Positions 49,653 to 59,687 are shown, counted from the stretch's first letter. The stretch: 64,000 nucleotides of DNA from Trueperaceae bacterium (GCA_965215565.1 CBDCDZ010000004.1:2144001-2208000); one strand, 5' to 3'. The notes: a model not told the origin generated them from the sequence alone. Made by a program: numbers and translations.

Positions 49653-49673
49653 GGGAGATTCTCGAGGAGATAT

Positions 49674-49886
49674 TCAGCGCTCGCCGAGTTTAACAATTTC
49701 AAAAACTCTTTGAAGCCCTTCGGTAGTCGGATCGTAGCCATAGTTTACCTGACGCATAAGCTCGGCGGCTTCCAAACGTTCTTCTGGCGTGCGGCTCAGC
49801 CAGTACGCTTTATCGTCACTCTCCTTGTGTAAAGACGCAACCGAAAAGGCTGTCTTATCGAGGCGGATAGAGGGAACGTCGCTCAT
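49674..49886 (-). CDS. Small conserved hypothetical protein (DKTAFSV...YWLSRTPEERL...LQRVFE)
   Basis: Recognisable small-protein pattern; leaderless TATGAT upstream. Confidence 0.7.
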   Translation of the reverse strand: MSDVPSIRLDKTAFSVASLHKESDDKAYWLSRTPEERLEAAELMRQVNYGYDPTTEGLQRVFEIVKLGER

Positions 49887-50003
49887 TCGCTACATCATAC
49901 CTTTTGCTCATAGAGGACACAGGGTCTATTCACAAGGTTGGAGCGATAGACTTATCTTCGTGTCACATCAACAGTTCAAATCAAGGTGATGCTCGGGGAG
50001 ACT

Positions 50004-50984
50004 ATGCATACTAAAGGTAACCTTAGACTGAGCGCTCTACTCGCCCTCTTAGCACTTCTTCTAGCGGCATGTGAGGAAGACGCTGTTACGCCTCAACCTG
50101 AAGTGGAGAGGCTCGAGACCCAAGCCTGCACGCGCACATGGCCGCTTATAGAGCGCGGTGACAGCAACCAGGCGGTGACGACGGCGCAGTACCTCTTGAG
50201 GGCGAATGGACAAAGTTTGAACGTAGACGGAGCCTTCGGTCCCGGCACTGAGAGCGCTGTTCAGCGCTTTCAAGCGGCGCGAGGACTCGCCCAGGACAGC
50301 AAGCTCGGTAAAAATACCTGGGAGGCGCTCGTCGTGACGGTGCAGAGCGGCAGCCGGGGCTACGCGGTGAGAGCGGCGCAGTATAAGCTCGGCATTTCGG
50401 TGGACGGGATTTTCGGCTCAGGTACGCAGAGTGCCGTCATCAACTTTCAAAAGGACAAGGGCTTGAGCGCGGACGGCGGCGTCGGTCCCGACACGTGGGC
50501 GGCGCTCGTTGGCAGCGTGAACTGCGCGAGCGGCACGCGGGCACAGTTGGCGCAGCAAATCTTAGATAGCAGCCGCATCACGCTCGGGACGAGCAGCAGC
50601 ACGCCTGGCGGCAGCCCACGCCAGAACATCCTCGATACGGCTATGGGTAAGCCGGTGAAGTCGGGCTGCTTCGACTTTTCGCGTTGCGATTCCACGGTTT
50701 ATCTCAGCACGAAACTGCTCCAAGCGATGCTCCAGATGGCGCAGAGCAATTCCTACTACGTGACCTCACTCGGGGGCGGGCGGCACAGCGCAGGCTCAGA
50801 CCACTACAGAGGGCGCGGGCTCGACTTAGGCATCTGGAACGCTCAGACGCTTAGCTACCCGAACAGTGCCCACACCTCCGCTCGCAACGCTTGCATAAGC
50901 GCGGGCTCCTATCCGGGACAAACCTTCAATGCTTACAACGAGCCACGGGGACACAGCAACCACGTTCACTGCGCGTTTTACTGA
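50004..50984 (+). CDS. Peptidoglycan-binding lipoprotein with C-terminal M15-like Zn-peptidase domain
   Basis: Lipobox LLLAAC, repeated DGxFGxxT...FQ PG_binding_1 motifs, SDHYRGRGLD and HSNHVH. Confidence 0.8.
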   Translation: MHTKGNLRLSALLALLALLLAACEEDAVTPQPEVERLETQACTRTWPLIERGDSNQAVTTAQYLLRANGQSLNVDGAFGPGTESAVQRFQAARGLAQDSKLGKNTWEALVVTVQSGSRGYAVRAAQYKLGISVDGIFGSGTQSAVINFQKDKGLSADGGVGPDTWAALVGSVNCASGTRAQLAQQILDSSRITLGTSSSTPGGSPRQNILDTAMGKPVKSGCFDFSRCDSTVYLSTKLLQAMLQMAQSNSYYVTSLGGGRHSAGSDHYRGRGLDLGIWNAQTLSYPNSAHTSARNACISAGSYPGQTFNAYNEPRGHSNHVHCAFY

Positions 50985-51030
50985 AGTTGTGCGCGGAGCC
51001 ACTACCCAATTGATTTAACTGCTCACGTAA

Positions 51031-51131
51031 TACGAGGTTGCACGACTTAGTTTTGCAAACTAAGTCGTGCCCATCTGTGATGGTAAGCTCAGACGCCCTC
51101 AGTAAGGATAAGTAAACCGTGCAATTCCGTA
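51031..51131. repeat. TA-bounded 101-bp element with internal perfect hairpin
   Basis: TACGAGGTTGCACG...CGTGCAATTCCGTA ends; GCACGACTTAGTTT-TGC-AAACTAAGTCGTGC hairpin; single copy in the window. Confidence 0.45.
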
Positions 51132-51191
51132 TAACCTCTCTTCCAAGCGGAGTGTCCACAAACGGAGCCCCGCCACCTGCTACACTGTCCC

Positions 51192-51758
51192 ATGACTCAG
51201 GTTGCACCCACCGAGCCCGGTACATTAACCGTCCGCCCTGCCACCGCGAGTGACGTTCCCGACATCTTCAACCTCATCGGTACGTGGGCGGCGCAGGGCA
51301 AGATGCTGGTACGCCCTATGACCAATATCTTCGAGAACCTGCGCGACTTCTACGTGGCGGAGATTCAGAGGGAGAGCGGCGCGGAGTTCGCAGGTAGCGC
51401 GGCGCTGCACATCCTCTGGGGCGACATCGCCGAGGTGCGCGGGCTCGCCGTTAAACCCGAAATCACGGGCGGCGGCATCGGCAAGAAGCTCGTCGCCGCG
51501 TGCGAGAGCGAAGCGCGGCGCATCGGTATCCCGACGCTCTTCGCCTGGACGTACTCAGTCGAGTTTTTCGAGCGGTGCGGCTTTCACCTCATCGACAAAA
51601 GCAGAGACCTCCACCCGAGGGTGTGGTCCGAATGTCTGCGCTGCCCCTTTTTTGTCGGCTGCAACGAGAACGGGATGCTCAAGAGGTTGGAGGGCGTGCC
51701 GATGCCTAAAGATTTGCCTACGCCGCCACCTACGCAGGTGCCGCCGGGAATTAAGTAG
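51192..51758 (+). CDS. GNAT N-acetyltransferase (short ArgA-like)
   Basis: IFENLRDF, AEVRGLAV, GGGIGKKLV, VWSECLRCP. Confidence 0.85.
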   Translation: MTQVAPTEPGTLTVRPATASDVPDIFNLIGTWAAQGKMLVRPMTNIFENLRDFYVAEIQRESGAEFAGSAALHILWGDIAEVRGLAVKPEITGGGIGKKLVAACESEARRIGIPTLFAWTYSVEFFERCGFHLIDKSRDLHPRVWSECLRCPFFVGCNENGMLKRLEGVPMPKDLPTPPPTQVPPGIK

Positions 51759-51764
51759 TTTCTC

Positions 51765-51831
51765 GAGCAATAAGCAATGAGTCCCGAGCAATGAGCAATG
51801 AGTGAAAATCTTTAGCCTCGTTGCTTTCAAC
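51765..51831. repeat. Family B heptamer hairpin repeat
   Basis: GAGCAAT tandem units...CTCGTTGCTTTCAAC. Confidence 0.75.
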
Positions 51832-51875
51832 GTTACAGAACAGTCTTTACCGCGCCCTCTGCGGTAGCCTACTTT

Positions 51876-52478
51876 ATGATCGACATTACCGGAAGTATCT
51901 ACGTCTGCTATCACCGCGACGATCAGGAACACGCGGACACGTTCTTGCAGGACTTCGACCACCTCTACGGGCTCGCCGTGCGGCGTGAGGAGGATGAACT
52001 CCCCGAGGACATCCTGCGCGATAACGACAAGCACAACGTGATCCATAAGATTCGCGAGCGTTATTTGGCTGACTCCGTCATCACCGTTGTGCTCATAGGA
52101 CCTTGCACTTATACGCGCCGTGCGGTGGACCTAGAACTCATGGCGTCGCTCCATCACGGCGGCGACGATATGGCAGATCCGGATGAGGCGGAGAGGCTGC
52201 CGAACGGTCTTCTAGGCATCATGCTCCCTAACTACAACAACGCGGGCTTTCCCGACAGGTTAAACGAGAACTTGCAGGTGCCTGAGGGGGGCACCAGGTC
52301 CTACGCCGACGTTATCCCCTATCCGCAGAGCAAAGACGAACTCGCCGAGGCGCTCTCCGAGGTAGCGCGTGCCCGCACCGAACGTCGTGACCTGGTCAAT
52401 AATTCGCCCCACATGTTCAGCGAGAACAGGGCGTGCATTCCGCCCGAGCCAGGTGAGCAGTTCGCGACGAAGGAGTAG
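51876..52478 (+). CDS. ThsB-like / MTH538 (DUF1863) TIR-domain protein
   Basis: IYVCYH..DQ, IRERYLADSVITVVLIG..T..R..VDLEL.ASL, PNGLLGI, PDRL. Confidence 0.8.
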   Translation: MIDITGSIYVCYHRDDQEHADTFLQDFDHLYGLAVRREEDELPEDILRDNDKHNVIHKIRERYLADSVITVVLIGPCTYTRRAVDLELMASLHHGGDDMADPDEAERLPNGLLGIMLPNYNNAGFPDRLNENLQVPEGGTRSYADVIPYPQSKDELAEALSEVARARTERRDLVNNSPHMFSENRACIPPEPGEQFATKE

Positions 52479-52537
52479 CGGAGCTACAGAACATCAAAAG
52501 AGGCTCGAGTCTCTCTTCTGAGAACGCTCGAGCCTCT

Positions 52538-53152
52538 TCACTTTTGCACCGCCACCTCCCAAACCACCTTTTCACGCCTATAGCGAAACGTCGTCCGCTC
52601 TGCCATGTCTAGAACGGTCCAGCCTGAGAGAAGTTCCGCCACGTCCTCCTCGTTGAAAAAGCGTCGGGGCAGTCCATCTACAAGGTAGTAGTTCTCCTCC
52701 AACCTCTTCCCGACCTCTCGACTCCCTAAACCTCTTACCGAGTTGAAGCGGGCTAAAAAAAGACCGTCCGGCTGCAAACAGCGGCGCACCTCTTGTGAAA
52801 TCTCGAGCGTCACGTTCCACGGAAAGTAGTGAAGCGAAAGCCCTGCTATAGCAATGCTAAAAGAGGTCTCGGCAAAGGGGAAGGGCTCTAAGAGGTCAAG
52901 AGGTTGGACGGTAGCTTTAGGCGCGGTTTGCTTCGTCAAGCGTAGCGCCTCTTCTGAAAAGTCGGTAGCGAGAACGCGGAAGCCGCGCTCCGTCAGAAAA
53001 CGAGCGTCTTGCCCCGCGCCGCAGCCAAGCTCGAGCACAGTTCCCTCACGCCTCGCTTCTAAAAGGTCTAAGTAACGCGCCAACCAAGGGTCAGTTTGGG
53101 TTGTATCCGTTTTGGCTCGAGCGTAAACTTCATTCCACCGTTGCACCTTCAC
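52538..53152 (-). CDS. Class I SAM-dependent methyltransferase
   Basis: VLELGCGAG, ATDFS, LSLHYF. Confidence 0.88.
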   Translation of the reverse strand: MKVQRWNEVYARAKTDTTQTDPWLARYLDLLEARREGTVLELGCGAGQDARFLTERGFRVLATDFSEEALRLTKQTAPKATVQPLDLLEPFPFAETSFSIAIAGLSLHYFPWNVTLEISQEVRRCLQPDGLFLARFNSVRGLGSREVGKRLEENYYLVDGLPRRFFNEEDVAELLSGWTVLDMAERTTFRYRREKVVWEVAVQK

Positions 53153-53215
53153 CCCTTTACAACGTGAGCATAGCCCCCTTACTTTCGACTACAATAACTG
53201 AACATTCCGTTTAGG

Positions 53216-53326
53216 TAGCAGTTCTAAAACATACTGAGACGGATGAGCGCAGATATCATCCCCGAACGTGCGTGATGGGCATTACTTCACAAAGTGAGAG
53301 TGTAGCTGACCAGATGATACCTGCTA
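53216..53326 (+). mobile_element. Family A element, copy 7
   Basis: TAGCAGTTC...GCAGATATCATC...CTGACCAGATGATACCTGCTA. Confidence 0.72.
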
Positions 53327-53351
53327 AGGGCAGCGCGAAAAGGAGACGCAT

Positions 53352-53783
53352 ATGATTTCGGTCAGGCAACTCTTGGACAAAAAGGGCTACGACGTCCTCT
53401 CGGTTCTCCCGAGCAATACCGTTTTTGAAACCATCACCAAGATGGCGGAGCGCGGCGTCGGCGCACTGCTCGTCATCCGCGAAGAAAAGCTCGTCGGCAT
53501 CGTCTCCGAGCGCGACTACGCCCGTAAGGTCATCTTGCAGGGACGGCGTTCACAAGAGACCACCGTTGAGGAGATTATGACGCCAGAGCCCTTCACCGTG
53601 ACACCTTCGCAGACCGTCACCGAGTGCATGGAACTTATGACGGAGAAGCGCATTCGCCATTTGCCCGTCGTCTCTGAGGGCAAGGTGATAGGCATTATCT
53701 CGATCGGTGACGTGGTGAAGTCGGTGATTTCAAACCAAGCGGCGATGATTGAGCAGTTGGAGACGTATATTACAAGAGGTTAA
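53352..53783 (+). CDS. CBS-domain pair protein
   Basis: GIVSERDYARKV, RIRHLPV, GIISIGDVVK. Confidence 0.92.
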   Translation: MISVRQLLDKKGYDVLSVLPSNTVFETITKMAERGVGALLVIREEKLVGIVSERDYARKVILQGRRSQETTVEEIMTPEPFTVTPSQTVTECMELMTEKRIRHLPVVSEGKVIGIISIGDVVKSVISNQAAMIEQLETYITRG

Positions 53784-53807
53784 AAAGCGACTAAATTCAG
53801 TTTCTGG

Positions 53808-53920
53808 TAGTGGCTTTACCTGGAATGACATCGATGTCAGAACAAGGGGTTTCAACCCCTTGTTCACCATGTAGAGATAGCAGCAGGGAGCACATGGCAG
53901 CATTCGACTTAGAACTACCA
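53808..53920 (+). mobile_element. Family C element, copy 2
   Basis: Colinear with 35987-36099; AACAAGGGG-TTTCAA-CCCCTTGTT hairpin. Confidence 0.72.
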
Positions 53921-53952
53921 CCCAGTTTCTTATCGGGGAGGCTCGAGTAAAC

Positions 53953-54021
53953 AGTAGTCAGGTATCAGAATTCAGCATAGAGGAAGCTACTGAGTTCTGA
54001 CCACTGACTACTTGCTACCTG
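53953..54021. repeat. Heptamer (TAGTCAG/CTGACTA) hairpin repeat
   Basis: AGTAGTCAG...CTGACTACT; related runs at about 18225-18248 and 27773-27806. Confidence 0.55.
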
Positions 54022-54065
54022 CAACAGTCAATCATCCCTCATTCACAAAAGCTGTACCATACCCT

Positions 54066-54386
54066 ATGGAATACACTCACCTCACCTTAGCGCGGCGCTT
54101 TTCGGACGAGAAGATGCAAAAAGTTCCGGTCTTCGAGACACCTAAGATGTTTTATGACCAGTATTGCCTCTTGCCGGGGCAGTCGCAAAAGGTGCACAGC
54201 CATGAGGGTGAGGACAAAGTGTATCTCGTGCTGGAGGGTGAGGCGGTGTTCGATATCGGCGGCGAGCAGGAGATGTTGACCGAAGGGACCGCCGTCATTG
54301 CCCGCGCGGGCGTGCCGCACGGAGTCCGTAACGACTCGGGCACGAAGCTCGTGTTGCTCGTGACGATGGCTCCCAAACCTCAGTAG
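54066..54386 (+). CDS. Cupin domain protein
   Basis: HSHEGEDKVYLVLEG and PHGVRN. Confidence 0.9.
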   Translation: MEYTHLTLARRFSDEKMQKVPVFETPKMFYDQYCLLPGQSQKVHSHEGEDKVYLVLEGEAVFDIGGEQEMLTEGTAVIARAGVPHGVRNDSGTKLVLLVTMAPKPQ

Positions 54387-55195
54387 TGGTGCACAAACCG
54401 GAATTGCGCGGTTTGCCGATTGACCACCTGGGCATTGCTGTGAAAGATTTAGAAGCGGCGAGTCTTCCGTACCAGTTGCTCGGACTTCCTACCGAGGGCG
54501 AAGACGAAACTATCGAGTCACAAGGGGTCAAGGTGCGGGCGCTCATAGCGCAGGGAAGTTTGCTGGAGTTGCTCGAGCCCACCTCACCAGACAGCCCCAT
54601 CGCCAAATTCATAGAAAGACGCGGCGAAGGGCTTCACCACGTTGCGTTTAGGGTGGATGACTTGGAAGAAGAGGTGGCGCGTCTTACCAAAGAAGACGCA
54701 CGCTTCATCATCACAGAACCGAGGGCAGGCAGGGCAAATACTCGAGTGGTTTTCTTACACCCTAAGTGGGCGAACGGCGTACTGATCGAACTGGTTGAGC
54801 ACTTGCAAGATAAGCGAGTGACCCGCTCTTCTCTGACCTCTTATCTTCGCTATATTCCCGCTATCTTCTGGATGGGGTTGACGTTTTGGCTCTCAGACTC
54901 CCCCGACATCCAGGGCGCGTCAGGCTGGATTGACCTGCGCCCACCGCTTGACAAGGTTGCGCACGCGGTGAGTTTTGGAATACTTGCGCTTCTTTTCTAC
55001 TTGGCAACCGGACGCGCCTTACTCTCCGTCCTCTTAGCCTCGCTCTACGGCGTTACAGATGAATTCCACCAGAGCCTCGTGCCGGGGCGCGACGCGGACC
55101 TCTTCGATTGGATAGCGGATACAGTAGGGGCGGCGGTGGCGGTGAGCACCGTTCTTTCTCTGACTCGCTGGCGTCCACAGTGGACTAAAAGGTGA
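54386..55195 (+). CDS. mce: Methylmalonyl-CoA epimerase fused in frame to a VanZ-like membrane domain
   Basis: IDHLGIAV, GEGLHHVAF, FLHPK...GVLIELVE, then DKVAH...YGVTDEFHQSLVPGR...DWIAD. Confidence 0.85.
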   Translation: MVHKPELRGLPIDHLGIAVKDLEAASLPYQLLGLPTEGEDETIESQGVKVRALIAQGSLLELLEPTSPDSPIAKFIERRGEGLHHVAFRVDDLEEEVARLTKEDARFIITEPRAGRANTRVVFLHPKWANGVLIELVEHLQDKRVTRSSLTSYLRYIPAIFWMGLTFWLSDSPDIQGASGWIDLRPPLDKVAHAVSFGILALLFYLATGRALLSVLLASLYGVTDEFHQSLVPGRDADLFDWIADTVGAAVAVSTVLSLTRWRPQWTKR

Positions 55196-55272
55196 ACCGA
55201 AGGGTGAACGAACAAGCTACAATAGCGCGTGACCTTTTTTTACTTTGACCACGTATCAACTTGGAAATGCTT

Positions 55273-56055
55273 ATGAAGTTGGCGATTGTCGGCGCAGGAA
55301 AAATGGGTGGTGCAGTGCTCACGGGAGCGCTTAGAGCGGGGGTGCTCGAGCGAAACGACGTCGGCATCTACCACCCTAATGAGGCGCGGCGCGAAGCCCT
55401 AGCACAAAGCTACGACGTTTCACCGCTCAGCGACGATGAGGTCCACCAAGCCGAACGTATCCTCGTCGCCGTCAAACCGCAATCCTTTGATGAGGTTGCC
55501 CCTCTCATCGCGAGGCGGAGCGCCTCGTACATCTCGCTGATGGCGGGCGTTTCAGCGGAAACCATCGCCAAGCGCGTCGGCAGCAGCCGCGTAGTGCGCT
55601 CAATGCCGAATATGGGTGCGAGAGTCGGCCTCAGCGCCACCGCGCTCGCCGCGCTGCCCCAAGCGACATCAGAAGATATTGAGATGGCGGAGAGACTTTT
55701 CAGCGCCGTCGGTACGGTCTATCAAATTCCAGAGCGGCTCTTTGACGCCTTTACAGGTTTGGCAGGTTCGGGACCCGCCTTTGCCGCTGTCTTTGCAGAG
55801 GCGTTAGCCGATGGCGGTGTTCGCGTTGGCTTTGGGCGGGATGTGGCGAGAGATTTAGCACGTCAGGTGATCTTAGCAACAGCTAAACTCTTAGAAGAAG
55901 CCCCTCCAGCGAACCTCAAGGATGAGGTCTCGAGCCCCGGAGGAACCGCCATCACGGGCGTTACCGCTTTAGAAGAGCACGGGCTACGCTACGCCGCCAT
56001 TCGCGCAGTGCAGGAGGCGAGCGCCAGAGCCCGCGAACTTAGCCAGGAAGATTGA
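55273..56055 (+). CDS. proC: Pyrroline-5-carboxylate reductase
   Basis: VGAGKMG, AVKPQ, RSMPN, GSGPA, VSSPGGT. Confidence 0.95.
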   Translation: MKLAIVGAGKMGGAVLTGALRAGVLERNDVGIYHPNEARREALAQSYDVSPLSDDEVHQAERILVAVKPQSFDEVAPLIARRSASYISLMAGVSAETIAKRVGSSRVVRSMPNMGARVGLSATALAALPQATSEDIEMAERLFSAVGTVYQIPERLFDAFTGLAGSGPAFAAVFAEALADGGVRVGFGRDVARDLARQVILATAKLLEEAPPANLKDEVSSPGGTAITGVTALEEHGLRYAAIRAVQEASARARELSQED

Positions 56056-56098
56056 GGCGTTACCTCGAGGGGGGCGACGCCCCCCTTGGGAGGACCCA

Positions 56099-56653
56099 AT
56101 GTTCAAACACCTATTCGTACTTGCCCTACTTCTCGCTAGCACCGCTTTTGCCCAAGACTACTTCCCCCACCGCGACGGCCTCTCGTGGACGTATAGCAAC
56201 GGGGAGACGCAGACGCTCAACGGTCCTACTGAAATCGCGGGCGAAGAGGTCATGGTCTTGACGCACTTCTTGGATGGCAATGTCATCTCCAAGGATTATC
56301 TCGCCTACGACGCCATCGGCGTGTTCTCTTACGGCACCGAAGCGGGCGGGCAAACGCTCCTCTACAACCCACCGCTCACCCTCTACGCGGGCGACAACTT
56401 GCAGGTCGGACAGAGTTGGCAGAGCGCCACGAGCGTGGCGGGTTTCGACATCACGCTCGCCGCTGAAGTGATGGGGATGCGCGGCGTGCGCACCGATGCG
56501 GGGCGCTTTAACGCCTTGCAGGTGCGTCAGAGAACATTCACCAATACGGGAGCGCAGACGACGCTCGACCTCTTTGTTGTGCCAGGTGTGGGTGTGGTGC
56601 GCTTTGTGACGCAAGACGGTACGGTTGTTGATTTAGTTGAAAAGAACTTCTGA
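56099..56653 (+). CDS. Secreted beta-rich hypothetical protein
   Basis: Signal peptide ending AFA-Q, DYFP...WTY, VRTDAGRF, PGVGVVR. Confidence 0.75.
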   Translation: MFKHLFVLALLLASTAFAQDYFPHRDGLSWTYSNGETQTLNGPTEIAGEEVMVLTHFLDGNVISKDYLAYDAIGVFSYGTEAGGQTLLYNPPLTLYAGDNLQVGQSWQSATSVAGFDITLAAEVMGMRGVRTDAGRFNALQVRQRTFTNTGAQTTLDLFVVPGVGVVRFVTQDGTVVDLVEKNF

Positions 56654-56672
56654 CCTTTTGATTTTTAGACGT

Positions 56673-56706
56673 AGAAAGGGCTCGAGCCAAAGCTCGAGCC
56701 CTTTCT
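56673..56706. terminator. CTCGAG-based perfect hairpin between convergent genes
   Basis: AGAAAGGGCTCGAGC-CAAA-GCTCGAGCCCTTTCT. Confidence 0.7.
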
Positions 56707-56707
56707 C

Positions 56708-56932
56708 TTAGAAAATCCCGCCCCCAATTGCCAAGCGAAGCACCGCTAAGACCAACGCAAAAATGCTCACATTGCGCCCGTTGGTGCGGTCACTGAGCAG
56801 CCCGAAAACCACACCGATAACCGCGATTCCTCCACCGATCCAGGCGAACACCGCGCCTACGATGGGGATGATGGCGGTTAAGACGATAAGGATAATAGCG
56901 AGGATTCCAAAGATAATTGCGACAACGTTCAT
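56708..56932 (-). CDS. Small membrane protein
   Basis: Three hydrophobic segments. Confidence 0.7.
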   Translation of the reverse strand: MNVVAIIFGILAIILIVLTAIIPIVGAVFAWIGGGIAVIGVVFGLLSDRTNGRNVSIFALVLAVLRLAIGGGIF

Positions 56933-56988
56933 ACCTAGTTTTACCGCATTGGGATGAACTTTTGGGTTATAAAGGAAGCAATACGAGC

Positions 56989-57165
56989 GCTTGCCGTAAC
57001 TTTAGAGACGTTATCACCAAACGTCTTAGAGAAAATCCCGGAGAGATGAAGGCCTACTTGCAGCTTGCACTCGAGGAGTTTGCAGAAGATGATGATACCG
57101 AGGCGCTTATGCTTGCCTTGCACACAGTAGCCGAAGCGAAAGGGGAACGACGTGGAAATGTATAA
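56989..57165 (+). pseudogene. Truncated addiction-module antidote-like fragment (lacks HTH)
   Basis: FRDVITKRLRENP...AYLQLALEE...[13 protein letters not shown] stops just where the HTH would begin; start uncertain. Confidence 0.55.
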
Positions 57166-57445
57166 TCCTCCCCACCCCGGCGAAGTGTTGCAAGGACTTT
57201 ATTTGGAGCCGCTCGAGCTAACCGTCACCGCTACCGCGCAAGCTCTCGGCGTAAGCCGCAAAACGCTCTCCGCCATCATCAACGGACGCGCCAGCGTAAC
57301 GCCCAATATGGCGTTACGTTTCGCTAAAGCATTTGGTGGTAGTCCCGGCAAGTGGCTGACGATGCAACAAAAGTACGACCTGTGGCAAGCAAGGCAACGC
57401 GCTGACTTGACTGGGGTCAAAGTGCTTTATGAAGTGGCAGCGTGA
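57152..57445 (+). CDS. higA: HigA family antitoxin (orphan)
   Basis: [37 protein letters not shown]. Confidence 0.9.
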   Translation: MEMYNPPHPGEVLQGLYLEPLELTVTATAQALGVSRKTLSAIINGRASVTPNMALRFAKAFGGSPGKWLTMQQKYDLWQARQRADLTGVKVLYEVAA

Positions 57446-57460
57446 AGTAAGCCCGAGCGT

Positions 57461-57653
57461 ATGAAAGTGCTCGGGCCCATTACGCTACTCACCCAAATAT
57501 GGTCTCATTCGTGGGCAAGTCGGGACGGTTGTTGAAGTGCTTGCGCCGGATGTGTTTCTGGTTGAATTTAGTGATGATGGAGGGCGGACGATTGGGTTGG
57601 TAGTGCTCGAGGTAAAGGAGGTTTTGGGGCTCGAGGACACTCGATCTACTTGA
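57461..57653 (+). pseudogene. Frameshifted DUF4926 family gene
   Basis: KYGLIRGQVGTVVEVLAPDVFLVEFSDDGGRT from 57495 is out of frame with ATG 57461. Confidence 0.7.
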
Positions 57654-57657
57654 ATCC

Positions 57658-58374
57658 TCACTCCACGACTTTCTCCTCTTGAGCTTCAGTATCGTTGAGA
57701 GATAAAAGCCTATCGCTGACTTCTTTTGCCCTCACCTCAAAAACGTAAACATACTCCAAAACATGTTCAACGAGCTGAAGCATTGCCTCTGCCATTTCCT
57801 TATCTGTTTCTTTTTCTAGGTCAAAATGTGCGCCGAGATTTCTTCCCCCTACTATAGCTTTGGTCAAATTGAGAAAAGGTTGAGTCAGGTCTTTGTGCTT
57901 CGGCAATTTCTGGAGTTGTTGTCCGAGCATCCCCTTCCGCTCCTCTTCTGGAAGCATCATCTTAGTCACACCCTCGAGTGCTTTCCCACACATCGTTGCA
58001 GTTGCGTCCCAAATACCTGCATTGAAAGAGCGGTTTGCATCTTGGTAAGCTCTAAGAATTCTTTCAGGAATAGGGTACTCATCAAATTTCTTATCACGAG
58101 ATTCACGGGCTTCGGGAAAGGAGAATATGGCTTCACACGTATTGTCTCTAGTTTTGGGTTTGATGATCCAGAACAGCATGTTACCATCACAACGAGTGCA
58201 ACGAGTCTTTACTTGCGCTGTCTGAGTGTTTCCATCATAATTGCTGCTGTATATTACGACGTGGTTAGTAAGTTGTTTGCAGTGAGCACATTCCGTATCG
58301 AAACTTGCTGGATATTGGTAGCTGCTAACTGGATTCCACTTCTTAACAGCATTTAAGGGTATTTTTCCCATCAC
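57658..58374 (-). CDS. DUF4145 (HEPN-like) protein with N-terminal Zn ribbon
   Basis: CAHC/CTRC, ATMCGKALE, RNLGAH (Rx4H); AT-rich. Confidence 0.8.
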   Translation of the reverse strand: MMGKIPLNAVKKWNPVSSYQYPASFDTECAHCKQLTNHVVIYSSNYDGNTQTAQVKTRCTRCDGNMLFWIIKPKTRDNTCEAIFSFPEARESRDKKFDEYPIPERILRAYQDANRSFNAGIWDATATMCGKALEGVTKMMLPEEERKGMLGQQLQKLPKHKDLTQPFLNLTKAIVGGRNLGAHFDLEKETDKEMAEAMLQLVEHVLEYVYVFEVRAKEVSDRLLSLNDTEAQEEKVVE

Positions 58375-58380
58375 TAAAGT

Positions 58381-59652
<1,272 letters not shown>

Positions 59653-59687
59653 TCATAACGCCGAGCGTAGTCAAATCGCGTTTTAGT

